40,239 nt of DNA from Octopus bimaculoides (GCF_001194135.2 NC_068988.1:89399258-89439496); one strand, 5' to 3'; shown: positions 12,631 to 24,108, counted from the first letter of the stretch. The notes: generated by a model not told the origin, from the letters alone. Made by a program: numbers and translations.

Positions 12631-13337
12631 CATATATTATATCGTATTATATTATATATGTATATTGAAACAAAATATATTTGCTGGTAATCCCATAAGC
12701 TAACGCTAATAATGTACTTGAAAATACTTGAATTAATAATCCCATCATCAAATAATAAACAAAAACATGTAAATAGGCAAATAAGCTCCTAATGACCATT
12801 GTGATTTATGAATCTCAAATACATTGGCCATGCAATTATAACACTTTACTGCCAGCTTACCAGTAAGCTTACATCAAGGAGCAGTGTTTATGCATAACAT
12901 CACATGACATAAAAGTTAAGTACATAAGAAAACATTAGCAAACAGCACATGTATAATATACAGAATTCCCACAAAAGTAGGTGATCACTGATGGAAGCAA
13001 AACTAATTGCACGTCATTATGCTAAGGTAAATCCTCTTATATTACATATTATTTGCAAATAAATGATAACACTGAGTTATGAATTTAATATTTCAAAAGC
13101 GTTAATGTGCACACTTAGTCCCACAACTCCATCTGGTGGGTGAGAGTGGACGAGGCTGATAAAATTTGTGAATACTCCGTAACAAATTGCAAATAACTCA
13201 CGCGAAAATAGAGAAAATAAAGTATAAATTACGTTATTCTTATGTTTTCAAAGAAAAGTTGTCTTCATACATATACGTACACATGTAAGGGTATGCATAC
13301 ATACACACATACATACGTAGATACACACATGCATATG

Positions 13338-13406
<69 letters not shown>

Positions 13407-13760
13407 GTATATGTGTGTGTATATATATATACGTATGTGTTTATATATATGGATTTATATACACAGACACACACACGTACACACATATGTTTGTGTATTT
13501 TTGTGTGGTTTTAATTTGTTTGCGTGCATGTGTGTACCTGTATGTGTACAAATTTGGTAAATAACTCTATCGGTTATCCCTTACACTCAGATCATTTTAC
13601 AGAAAGTATCCCTATTCTGACTGTTAAGCAAATATCTTGTTTGGAATACCGAGATGGCGACATATTTACTCCTGCGTAGGCTGGACCTAAAATAAGTAAC
13701 GAATACATTATTTACATTATTTACATTTGACGGATATTCGTCCTCATCTTGTTTGTTGTT

Positions 13761-13806
13761 AACACAACGTTTCGGCTGATATAACCTCCAGCCTTCGTCA
13801 GGTGTC
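13761..13806 (-). ncRNA. Minimal type I hammerhead ribozyme motif
   Basis: GACAC-CTGACGA-A-GGCTG-(GAGGTTATAT)-CAGCC-GAAA-CG-TT-GTGTT: intact core, stem I GACAC/GTGTT, stem II GGCTG/CAGCC, palindromic ACGT stem III. Confidence 0.8.
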
Positions 13807-13912
13807 TTGGGGAAATTTCGAACCTGGGTTCTCATTCCTATCGATGTTACTATTATTATTATTATTATTATTATTATATTATTATTATATTATTATTATT
13901 ATTATTATTAAT

Positions 13913-13990
13913 CAGGTCGCTGCCGTGAATCGAACTCGGAACCTTGGGGTTAGTAGCCCGCGCTCTTAACCACTACGCCATATGCCCGTG
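13913..13990 (-). other. tRNA-like Pol III head inside the Penelope-like 3' region (not a functional tRNA)
   Basis: A-box TGGCGTAGTGG (13970-13980), B-box GAGTTCGATTC (13927-13937), anticodon-arm-like CGGG-CTACTAA-CCCC; acceptor stem not intact. Confidence 0.8.
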
Positions 13991-14016
13991 GGCAATTATG
14001 GGGTGAATTTTAAGGC

Positions 14017-14309
14017 TTATAAATCTATTATTTTTCTATCCTTCCTCAATACCGGTTCCCATATGCTATTCATATCTGCACTCGGTCTGCTTAGGAGGTT
14101 GTTGTGTCCTAGCATATGTGCTGCTTCTTTTAGTTTTCGTATTTTCCAGTGTTGTTCCCTGTCTATTATTTTAACTTCATCCCACAGGGGGAGGTGGTTT
14201 CCATTTTTCCATACATGATCAGCTATACCCGATTTATCGATATCTCCTCGTGTCACAGCTTTGCGATGTTCTTCTACACTTATTTTGAGGGGCCGACATG
14301 TTTCGCCTG
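14017..14309 (-). pseudogene. Penelope-like GIY-YIG endonuclease, C-terminal part (stop-free, 5'-truncated)
   Basis: GETCRPLKISVEEHRKAVTRGDIDKSGIADHVWKNGNHLPLWDEVKIIDREQHWKIRKLKEAAHM matches the PLE pattern YIGETxRxLxxRxxEH...SxxAxH...WxxxxILxxExxxxxRxxxE; truncated at GET. Confidence 0.88.
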
Positions 14310-14365
14310 ATAATAATAATAGTAACATCGATAGGAATGAGAACCCAGGTTCGAAATTTTCCCAA

Positions 14366-14411
14366 GACACCTGACGAAGGCTGGAGGGTATATCAGCCGA
14401 AACGTTGTGTT
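14366..14411 (+). ncRNA. Minimal type I hammerhead ribozyme motif
   Basis: GACAC 14366-70, CTGACGA 14371-77, GGCTG/CAGCC stem II, GAAA 14399-14402, predicted GUU cleavage triplet 14404-14406, GTGTT 14407-11. Confidence 0.8.
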
Positions 14412-15885
14412 AACAACAAACAAGATGAGGACGAATATCCGTCAAATGTAGATAATGTAAATAATGTAAATAATTCCTCATCTCTTAAATATAGAACTGT
14501 AAGTAACGAATGTTTTTTTGATCTGTCACCAAAATGTAGATTGGTAATGTTACGATCAAAATGCTTCAAGCAACGGCTGTACGAAAGATATCGACAGGAC
14601 GGAATTTCAAAAGTTATGATATTCTGTCAGGGAAACACTGAATATATGGGTTAGCAGGGACTTGAGAGAGATGAAGGACACAGTCTGTTTTTTGAAGGTG
14701 GATGGGCGAGTGTTTCAGAAGCACTTGAGTTGAGGTGGAATTAGCCTAGACAGATTTGAATGTCTAGAACCACCGGAATTCTGTCTAAGATGTCTGGGAG
14801 TGCTGTGCGTTTCTAAATATAGTAGTGTCCGGTCGAGTGTCTCATCATAGCTCTATATAGACTAAGTCGTTGTTTTAAACTGTAATACTGTTGGCTGTAA
14901 AGGGATGTAAAATTGTATTTCTTTATTTTGTTATGCACTGTTGATAGTATTTATGGTGTCCTTCACTAAGAAATATTCTCAGCGACGGCAAAGTTTTACA
15001 CATAAAGCAATCACCAGTTTTAATTGCATACTGTTAATTTCTAGGTGGATTGGGTTTTCATATGTGTGGTAGTTTTGGCTTTCGTTTTCTGACGAAGATC
15101 ATACTAGAATAAAAATATTCCTGGATGTTTTTGCAATATCTGTTAATGGAATAAATGTACATTTTAGCTGATTTGTTTCATTGCATTCGAGCGAATATTT
15201 AAGAATATACGAAGGGTGTATGTTCGCTGTAAGAGTGAGCGTTGTTGGTGCCCGGAAATAAATGTTGCTGTTGTATAGAGAAAAGTGGGAGAGAGAATAA
15301 ACGTTGTTAAATAGTTTTGTGAACTTTACTAAATCATAGACATGGACTTAGTTTGGATGTGAAACGTCTTGATGATTAATGAGAGCACTTCGGTATGAAT
15401 ACTGACAGGCTAGATATCTCAAGACCAGAGACGTAAAAGAGACATAAGGCAATCTCTAAAATGACAGACAATTAAATTTGGGATGAATTTCGTACGAGTC
15501 AGTTTAATTTCACAATGAAATTAAGGAGCATTATAATACAAGGCCTTAGAGAGAAGTGGTTAGGGTATGACTGATTTGTTTTGTTTACTGGGATATTTCA
15601 GTGCTATGTACCAATGTCATTAGAGTGGCTTCAGGAGAACATCCGAAATTCCGAAAACTCTTTTGGTTTGTTGTACACAGCTCTAAAACGATAGATTATT
15701 AAATTAACAATTCCGTAGAGATAAAAGTTGGAATGAATTATATTTTACTATTTATGCTTTATTTGATATTTCATTTCAATTCAGATACATAATAAATTTA
15801 AACATTATCGATCTAGCCTCATTTAGGTCAAATGAATTCTCATAGATATTGCACTGGAAAACAAACATGATGTAGTTGAAATATT

Positions 15886-15930
<45 letters not shown>

Positions 15931-15938
15931 ACACACGC

Positions 15939-15977
<39 letters not shown>

Positions 15978-16779
15978 NNNNNNNNNNNNNNNNNNNNNNN
16001 NNNNNNNNNNNNNNNNNNNNNNNNNNNNNNNNNNNNNNNNNNNNNNNNNNNNNNNNNNNNNNNNNNNNNNNNNNNNNNNNNNNNNNNNNNNNNNNNNNNN
16101 NNNNNNNNNNNNNNNNNNNNNNNNNNNNNNNNNNNNNNNNNNNNNNNNNNNNNNNNNNNNNNNNNNNNNNNNNNNNNNNNNNNNNNNNNNNNNNNNNNNN
16201 NNNNNNNNNNNNNNNNNNNNNNNNNNNNNNNNNNNNNNNNNNNNNNNNNNNNNNNNNNNNNNNNNNNNNNNNNNNNNNNNNNNNNNNNNNNNNNNNNNNN
16301 NNNNNNNNNNNNNNNNNNNNNNNNNNNNNNNNNNNNNNNNNNNNNNNNNNNNNNNNNNNNNNNNNNNNNNNNNNNNNNNNNNNNNNNNNNNNNNNNNNNN
16401 NNNNNNNNNNNNNNNNNNNNNNNNNNNNNNNNNNNNNNNNNNNNNNNNNNNNNNNNNNNNNNNNNNNNNNNNNNNNNNNNNNNNNNNNNNNNNNNNNNNN
16501 NNNNNNNNNNNNNNNNNNNNNNNNNNNNNNNNNNNNNNNNNNNNNNNNNNNNNNNNNNNNNNNNNNNNNNNNNNNNNNNNNNNNNNNNNNNNNNNNNNNN
16601 NNNNNNNNNNNNNNNNNNNNNNNNNNNNNNNNNNNNNNNNNNNNNNNNNNNNNNNNNNNNNNNNNNNNNNNNNNNNNNNNNNNNNNNNNNNNNNNNNNNN
16701 NNNNNNNNNNNNNNNNNNNNNNNNNNNNNNNNNNNNNNNNNNNNNNNNNNNNNNNNNNNNNNNNNNNNNNNNNNNNNNN

Positions 16780-16829
<50 letters not shown>

Positions 16830-18242
16830 CGTACATGCATACTTATTTGTATTTATATATATATGTATGTGCGTGTGGGATGTGAGTGTGTGTTTGTATG
16901 TATATATACTGCACACATATTATACATATTTATATATATATATTGGGATACTGTTGATTGCTTACAACATGGGTATGTTGTAGATTGTGTGAAACACCTT
17001 TTCTACATCAAGCCTTTTCTCAGCACAACCTGATCTGTTATTGCATCTCTTTCCGAAACCCACATCAAAGGAACATATTAAAATGCTCCAGAAATTTGCA
17101 TATAATCTACATAATCTTGTATAAAGACAATACTGTAATTAATATCTGAATATGTTGACTGCAATATGTTCACGAGTTTCACGGTTTCCGTATCGTTCGT
17201 ATATACCGTTCGTATATATCGTTCGTATATATATATCTGACAGTGAGAACGTGTTACTGCTGCGGTGTCCATGGTGGTGCTGATTTTGGTTGCATTGATG
17301 TTAATAATAAGGGGTTCATTGATTGTTTATAGGAGTGTGACAGGAGGGTTAATGGTGGTAATAATGCAGTTGTGATTATGGATAGGTAATTTTGGTGGTA
17401 GGGTTGGGTTTATGTTTATTGCAGTATTTTGTATTGATTGTGGTGGGGATATTGAAGAAGTTGTTGGTAGCGAAATTATATTGAGGGTGCTGATGGTATA
17501 TGATATGCAAGTGTAAGGGACGGTATTGTTGGTAGGGATGATGTATCTGGACATGATGCTGTAAATAACCCTGGCCTCTACCTCGATATCATTTTGATCG
17601 AGAGTGGGTTACGAATTATTTTTTTTTTGTCTATATATATATTCATGTAATTCAATAATATATCCACAGCAAATTATATATATTTTTTTTCTTTCTTGCT
17701 ATTACAAAACATGAATATGCTATGTAATTTTTCGACTGTGTTATCTATTGTCAAGCCCAGTAGCGTAATATGTGGTCAAACAGTCGGACAAAATAAAACC
17801 ATAATGTGTGACAATTTACCTATCGCCTCCTTTACGTATNNNNNNNNNNNNNNNNNNNNNNNNNNNNNNNNNNNNNNNNNNNNNNNNNNNNNNNNNNNNN
17901 NNNNNNNNNNNNNNNNNNNNNNNNNNNNNNNNNNNNNNNNNNNNNNNNNNNNNNNNNNNNNNNNNNNNNNNNNNNNNNNNNNNNNNNNNNNNNNNNNNNN
18001 NNNNNNNNNNNNNNNNNNNNNNNNNNNNNNNNNNNNNNNNNNNNNNNNNNNNNNNNNNNNNNNNNNNNNNNNNNNNNNNNNNNNNNNNNNNNNNNNNNNN
18101 NNNNNNNNNNNNNNNNNNNNNNNNNNNNNNNNNNNNNNNNNNNNNNNNNNNNNNNNNNNNNNNNNNNNNNNNNNNNNNNNNNNNNNNNNNNNNNNNNNNN
18201 NNNNNNNNNNNNNNNNNNNNNNNNNNNNNNNNNNNNNNNNNN

Positions 18243-18294
<52 letters not shown>

Positions 18295-18951
18295 GAATGC
18301 ACACATACATGCTGACGCATATTAACCAATAAAGCATGCCAATGTGTGCGATATTTTTATTTGATGTCCATTATTTCCCACACTTTTCGATGCCAGAAAT
18401 TTCGCAGAATTACTGCTTAAAACATTGCAGCAATTTACCGCAGCTAAATTTCGAGGTGGACAGAGTTGCTTTATTATATAATAATTTGTTGTTTAGTTCC
18501 TACCAATATTTCTTTTTAAGTATTCAACTGTCTTTTTATATGCTCCTTTAACGTTGTACATATTTCATAAGTTATTTGGCATTGGTTTAATTCTGTGAAA
18601 ATCGGTCAAATAAGCAGTACACACACATGCACGCGCGCACAGACCAATATACACACACAAACAAACTCACAAACACATGTATATGCATGTATATGTGTAT
18701 ATGTATATTCATACAAATACATACAAAAGTAAATAAATACATATATCATTATTCATTTCTATTAGAAATTTCATGCCAATATCAGTTTGGTGTTTCGTCA
18801 TTCAGACAGAACATAAGTGACTTTGTCTTTCAAGAACTGGGGACAATATAATCGATTCTTCCTTCTCCAAATGTTTTTGGGATAGTGCCTAAGCGTCAAT
18901 ATTTTTAATGTTTTTCATCATCATTACCATTATCATCACAATCATCATCAT

Positions 18952-19270
18952 TTTACTTCTCTGTGCTCTCGATATTAATTGCTCCGGTTACTTCCATGAG
19001 GGCGGACAGCAACCTATTGTCGAATGACTCGTAGGGTCTCTTTCTGGCATACTTAACATCCAAGTACCAAACTCAAAATCCTCGCTGTTCCCAATGAAGC
19101 AGGTTTTTTAGTATTTTTTGGCCCTCATGTTAGTTCGAATTCCTCAGACATATCTCTTAAACTTGCTTGTTAGACTTCTTAGTGACCCGAGAACTACGAG
19201 GATGAAAGTTACTAACTTCATTGCCAACGTTCATAAAATTTTGTACTCCGTATTTTCGATCTTTTAAAAT
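18952..19270 (-). mobile_element. R4/Dong-like non-LTR retrotransposon 3' fragment (copy 1)
   Basis: KIENTEYKIL*TLAMKLVTFILVVLGSL and, in a shifted frame, KPASLGTARILSLVL, the typical C-terminus of REL-endonuclease elements; 3' end abuts a (CAT)-rich tract. Confidence 0.75.
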
Positions 19271-19286
19271 TCTTCTTCTTCTTCTT

Positions 19287-19380
<94 letters not shown>
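19270..19380. repeat. (CTT)n followed by (TTA)n
   Basis: Directly visible; the (TTA)n forms the tail/target of the next element. Confidence 0.95.
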
Positions 19381-19382
<2 letters not shown>

Positions 19383-20722
19383 TACTGTCTTTACACAGCT
19401 TCTAACGCTGGAGATGCACTACGGTGGCAGCTGTTCAATACCAGTGAGCTAAGGTTACAACTCTTAATTTTCGAGCACCGGAGTATTCGAACAGATCTAA
19501 GCATTGCTGTTTTCTGCAAGTGTTCCACCCTTATTGCAGCCCCTATGTGTTACATGTACTTCTCAAGATTTTTGTTCACTGGTCCCAGGGATCCGATAAT
19601 TATTGATACTACTACCAACTTTATGGACTACAACTGCTTAACGTCCCACGCTAACCTGTGATATCTATCAAATTTTCTTACTTTATTATCGCATACTTTG
19701 GTGTCGGCTGGGCATGCTATATCTATGATCCAGCATCGTTTGCTTTCTTACTCAATTAATACTATGTCTGGCTTCCTATTCTCTATCTCATGGTCGCACT
19801 GAATCATAAAATCCCATAAGATCATTGTATTATCATTTTCGATGATACCTTCGGGTTAATGTTCGTACCATTTTTTTGCTCTGTCAAGTCCATACTTGAT
19901 GCAAAGTGTCTAATGGATAATCCTAGCCATATGGTCATAACGTCTCTTATATTCTTTCTCGTCTAGTGGCATACATTGACTGGAAATAAGCCATACGGTT
20001 TCACCATTTTGTCCGCAGATTCTGCACTTATCACTTTCTGATGTGTTGTCTATTCTGTTTTTGAGGAATGTCGGTCTTAGTGCTTGCTCTTGGACAGCAC
20101 AGATTAGAGCCTCCATTTCCTTTGTCTGTCTTATCTTCAACATCCGTCTGAAATTGTCCATGCATTCTTTTCTTTATCCGATTATTTTCAGTTTCATTCA
20201 CTCTCAAGTACTTTACGGTGCTTTATCTTTGCAATCCTCCATCGTAGACAAGCTTGACTTTCTTACTTCCAATAATAGTGGTTCTGTGACACTTTTTACA
20301 TACCGTGCTATGTTGTTTTTTTTTGCTCTAATGCTGTGTTCGTATCCAATCAGTCCTCTTCACCCTCTTTTTCTTAGCACATACAGTCTGTGTGTGTCAC
20401 TTTATGGGTGGAGGATCCTACATCTATTCAGCAACTTCCTTGTGTTTTATGTCTAAGCTGTTTAATTCGTCTACTGTCCATACGGTTACTCCTACTCCAT
20501 ATCTAATGAGTGAAACCGCCCAGGTGTTGATTGATTCACTCTTTTTCCGTCCATTTAATTTCGACTTAAGTATTAGTCTCAGTCTACGCAAGTACTCCAC
20601 CCTAAATTTTTCTGTTATTTCTTCCTCCATAAATCTATCCATTTCCAATATCCCCAATTATTTATAGCTCGTCTCTTCTATCTGTTTCATAACCTTCCTC
20701 GACGGTATCGCTAGCACATCCA
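19381..20722 (-). mobile_element. R4/Dong-like non-LTR retrotransposon, 5'-truncated, decayed (copy 2)
   Basis: YLRRLRLILKSKLNGRK..INTWAVSLIRY; EALICAVQEQALR..CRICGQNGETVWLISSQC (zinc-knuckle remnant, His lost); NRKPDIVLIE..IIDIACP (REL nuclease PD..D); (TAA)n on both sides. Confidence 0.92.
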
Positions 20723-20725
20723 TAC

Positions 20726-20787
<62 letters not shown>

Positions 20788-20790
20788 TTT

Positions 20791-21112
20791 TATGTTTGAC
20801 TTTTGTTTTGCATTCGTACAAGTTGGATCTAAGTCTCTCCCAGAGACCTCAAGAGACAACAAGTTAGAAGTTCATGTAGGTGTTATGCCTAGGGTACCAT
20901 ATATTTGGATTTGTACAGTTTTGTTCAAGTGAATGTTTAAGAAACCATAAGAAAATTATGTGTTTGCTTTAAAATTTGAGATCACATAGACAGTATTTTA
21001 CGTAGGATATGGGCAGTTCCCATGATCACTATCTTTTGAACTTCAGCCATTTTGGGGTTTCCTGGAATCTGATCTAGGTATTAATTAGCCCGTTTCGCTG
21101 TCATTCCCAAGG
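20791..21112 (-). mobile_element. R4/Dong-like 3' fragment (copy 3, different family)
   Basis: ALGMTAKRAN*YLDQIPGNPKMAEVQKIVIMGTAHILRKILSM*; bounded by (TTA)n at 20724-20790 and 21113-21224. Confidence 0.85.
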
Positions 21113-21135
21113 CATTATTATTATTATTATTATTA

Positions 21136-21199
<64 letters not shown>

Positions 21200-21224
21200 C
21201 ATCATCATTGTTATTATTATTATT

Positions 21225-21335
21225 GAGTGAGAGAGCAACGCATACCATCAAATTGAACCTGGGGTACCAATATACGAATCCCAATATACCCATCATGACT
21301 TCCCGTCTTATAAGGGTGCACTAGATACATGCACA
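21225..21335 (-). mobile_element. Short repeat 3' end with (TAA)n tail, class unresolved
   Basis: Non-coding segment ending CTCTCTCACTCAATAATAAT; joins abruptly to the RT fragment upstream. Confidence 0.4.
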
Positions 21336-22490
21336 AGATAACTCCTTCTGCACTAGAAGTAAACTGTAACAGGTCTTGTTTCCTATTTACCAAATATTCT
21401 ATTATTTCTTCTTTCACTGTTGAGGCATTCCCTTACGCTAATCATCTCACGTCCACCTTAACGTCTCTTTATTTTGAGCCTGTGTGCATTTTCTTTAGAG
21501 TGGAATGTATCGTGCACTGTGATTGTCTTTCGGATAGTGCGAATGAGTTGGCCAATCTCCACTTGTGTCCCTTTCAGGATGGGTGCAATATAGCAGACTA
21601 CAGAAACAGCCAATATGTTGATGGCAGCCATAAAGTTCCTTCAGTTGAGTTTTGATTTCAAGAGAAGTTTGAGGCGCTTGAAATTTGCAATGATAAACTT
21701 GTCTGTCATTTCTTTGTGAAAGATATTACCCGATTCCAGGATTCCAAGGTACTTGTACCCAGCATCATCCGGGTCTTCCATTTTCTCCCCGCTTAGCAAT
21801 TCTATGTCCCTACAATTTACTCTTTTTCCCCGCTTCGAAGTAAGCACCACATACTTTGAGATACCAAATTCCATCCCTATATCCATCCTTACTGCACATT
21901 TGCACAGTCTCAACCATCCACTCAATTTCAGGCTCTGTTTTTGCAAACAGTTTTAAATCCTCCATGAAGAGAAAGTGGTAGAGATGAGGTCCGTTCTTTC
22001 TCACCTCATAGCGCACGTTGATTTTGCGTAGGGCTACAGAAAGTGGGATCAAGGCTATAACAATTAACACAGGTGAACAAGAGTATCTTTGAAAGATGCC
22101 TCTTTTTATTTTTACCTAGCTAAATGCTGCTTGTTACACGAAAGACATGTTTTCCAACTAGGCATACTGCTCTCAATGAGCGTCTACACGCTCTCAGCTA
22201 TTCCACACATGCCGAGTGTTTAAAAAATCTACGAATGCAGCAACAGGTCGTAAGTCTTTCTGAAGTCTATCCAGGTCATGCATAATTTTTTTGGTAGCGT
22301 TTACAGTTCTTCATTATTATCTTGGTGCCCTTGGATCCTTTTCGGCAACCCTTTTGTTCTACTGGCAGTAGATTATTTTCCGCAAGTAACGTATATATTT
22401 TCCTTGAGAGGGTACTTCTTAATCGTTTCCATAGGGGTTTAAGACAAGTAATGGGCTGGCAATTGCCACCCGCATTACCCTATTATTATT
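21336..22490 (-). mobile_element. R4/Dong-like RT domain, decayed (copy 4)
   Basis: CQPITCLKPLWK..LLPVEQKGCRKGSKGTK; MTWIDFRKTYD; GIFQRYSCSP; HFLFMEDLKLF (YMDDLK homologue); GMEFGISK; YKYLGILE; several frameshifts. Confidence 0.9.
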
Positions 22491-23784
22491 ACATGCATTT
22501 CGTATTTGTTTTGGATTTTACGTTTGGCGTCATTTCCGAGCTGATGTCAATTTTGCTTCTCCAATGCCGAATAAATTTTCGTACATATACTTTGGTCTGT
22601 GTCATAGAGATGACCCACCCTAATAAAAATTTCTGACTTCATGTCTAAATTAGAAATTATTGATATTTATTGGTTACCAGAATTGTGTCTTGTGATGTTT
22701 CTTCTAACACCTGATCTTCTGAATTCTAATCACTTTCTTTTCGATTTAGGATTTGCTCGTCCAGTGGGCGATAAATAACGTGTGGAATCTGGTACTATAT
22801 CCGTTATAATCAATTGTTTTCTAAAAAGTTCTGGCCTTCTCTTAGAAAGCAGCGTTACCCTTATGTTTACTGTGAATTTCAAGTACATTACCTTCATATG
22901 CATATCCATGTTCTAAAATATGTTCAATATTATGTTTAGAGATCTAGACTTGTATTAGCATACTACATGTAGCCAGCATTATATTTTGAGATCTCGATCC
23001 GTAATTAGCATACTGCGACGTTCGGTGTTTCACGTACTATTTTTATTTCCGTATTGTTCTTGTATATGCGATATTTCTTGTGTTACTTTTTTAAGCGAGT
23101 AACACTTTCAGTATATGTTATATTGTTATTTCTACGTGATGCAGTCTCAGCGGGTTATGTTGTATTGTATGTGGTATATGTACTATTAATTCGCTGCGGC
23201 TGTTTAGCATATCGGTTATGTGAATGGCTCTCGTTATTTTTCATCGGCTATCCTTTTTAAAATATATGTATTGTGTTATCTTGTGGATTATAACATGCTT
23301 TGTCTCAATTGGTTGCTTCTATTTGGGGTTTATGTTACAGGTTGAGATTGTCCTATGTGAAATGTCGTTTAAAAGTCTTGACTTTTAGGAAAATAAACGA
23401 TCATTTTAATATAATAATGTCGTAAAATTATAAACACGAGCAATTAATTGTCTCTTGTATATGTTACCGTTCTACCTCAAAGAAAATCGGTAGTATATGG
23501 CCAGTTCCTTAGCACTGCAGGAGACCAAACTCAGTCAGCTTACAGACTTAATTTTGGCAGTATAGCATAACTATCTCCTGTTTTTCACATTCTTGTTTTA
23601 CATATAAACGAGAGAGGATATTTATACAATCACGTTTTCCACAATCACGTGTGCACATTTTTCGTCGTTACTCTAATCGTAAGCCTCCATTATGCACTCA
23701 TATGCTAATACCTTTTTTTTTATATATTTATATCCAGCCATTTAGAATTTTGAGTTTATGTTCAAGAAGAAATATGCTTTAAAA

Positions 23785-24108
23785 AGGTAAAGAGTAAAGA
23801 CCCCCCACCTTCAGTCATGAATGACCATGGGATTACATCTAGAAAGTTCGCCTCTGAGGCACAAGTCCAGCTAGGTTTGTTTATGGAAGACCAGCAGTCG
23901 CCCATGCACACCAGCCTCTCTTATCCACGCCTCCGATGTTATCCGAGGGAAAGGCAAATGCCAATACAAATTGGCACAATGACGTCACAACACATTTCAA
24001 CGGCTGAGAGAACTGGGAGAGCGTCAAATAAAGTGTCTTGTTCAAGAACACAATACACAGTCCGATCCGGGAATCGAACTCACTACCTCATGATTGTGAA
24101 CCCGCTGG
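23785..24108 (-). mobile_element. tRNA-derived SINE, homologous to 31892-32205
   Basis: B-box GAGTTCGATTCCCGG, then TGTGTTCTTGAACAAGACACTTTATTT; shared tail CCCATGGTCATTCATGAC. Confidence 0.85.

Larger units (their letters stand above)
13705..14499 (-). mobile_element. Penelope-like retroelement insertion: 5'-truncated body (14309 to 13705, minus) plus inverted terminal-repeat copy (14310-14499, plus)
   Basis: GIY-YIG endonuclease C-terminus, hammerhead-containing terminal repeat in inverted orientation, flanking 12-bp direct repeat TAAGTAACGAAT. Confidence 0.9.
13693..14511 (+). repeat. Target-site duplication TAAGTAACGAAT (13693-13704 and 14500-14511)
   Basis: Exact 12-bp direct repeat immediately flanking both ends of the Penelope-like insertion. 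Confidence 0.85.

Noticed and set aside
13913-13990. Functional tRNA gene (anticodon ACT)
   Set aside because: Acceptor stem does not pair, the anticodon is atypical, and it is embedded in a retroelement.
15085-15110. CTGACGAAG hammerhead-like core
   Set aside because: No stem II or GAAA follows.
22725-22780. DLGFARPVGDK resembling a kinase DFG motif
   Set aside because: Stop codon follows within a few codons; no other kinase motifs nearby.
23180-23420. Minus-strand MLNSRSEL resembling another Penelope endonuclease C-terminus
   Set aside because: Only one short motif and heavy decay; cannot be supported without an HMM search.
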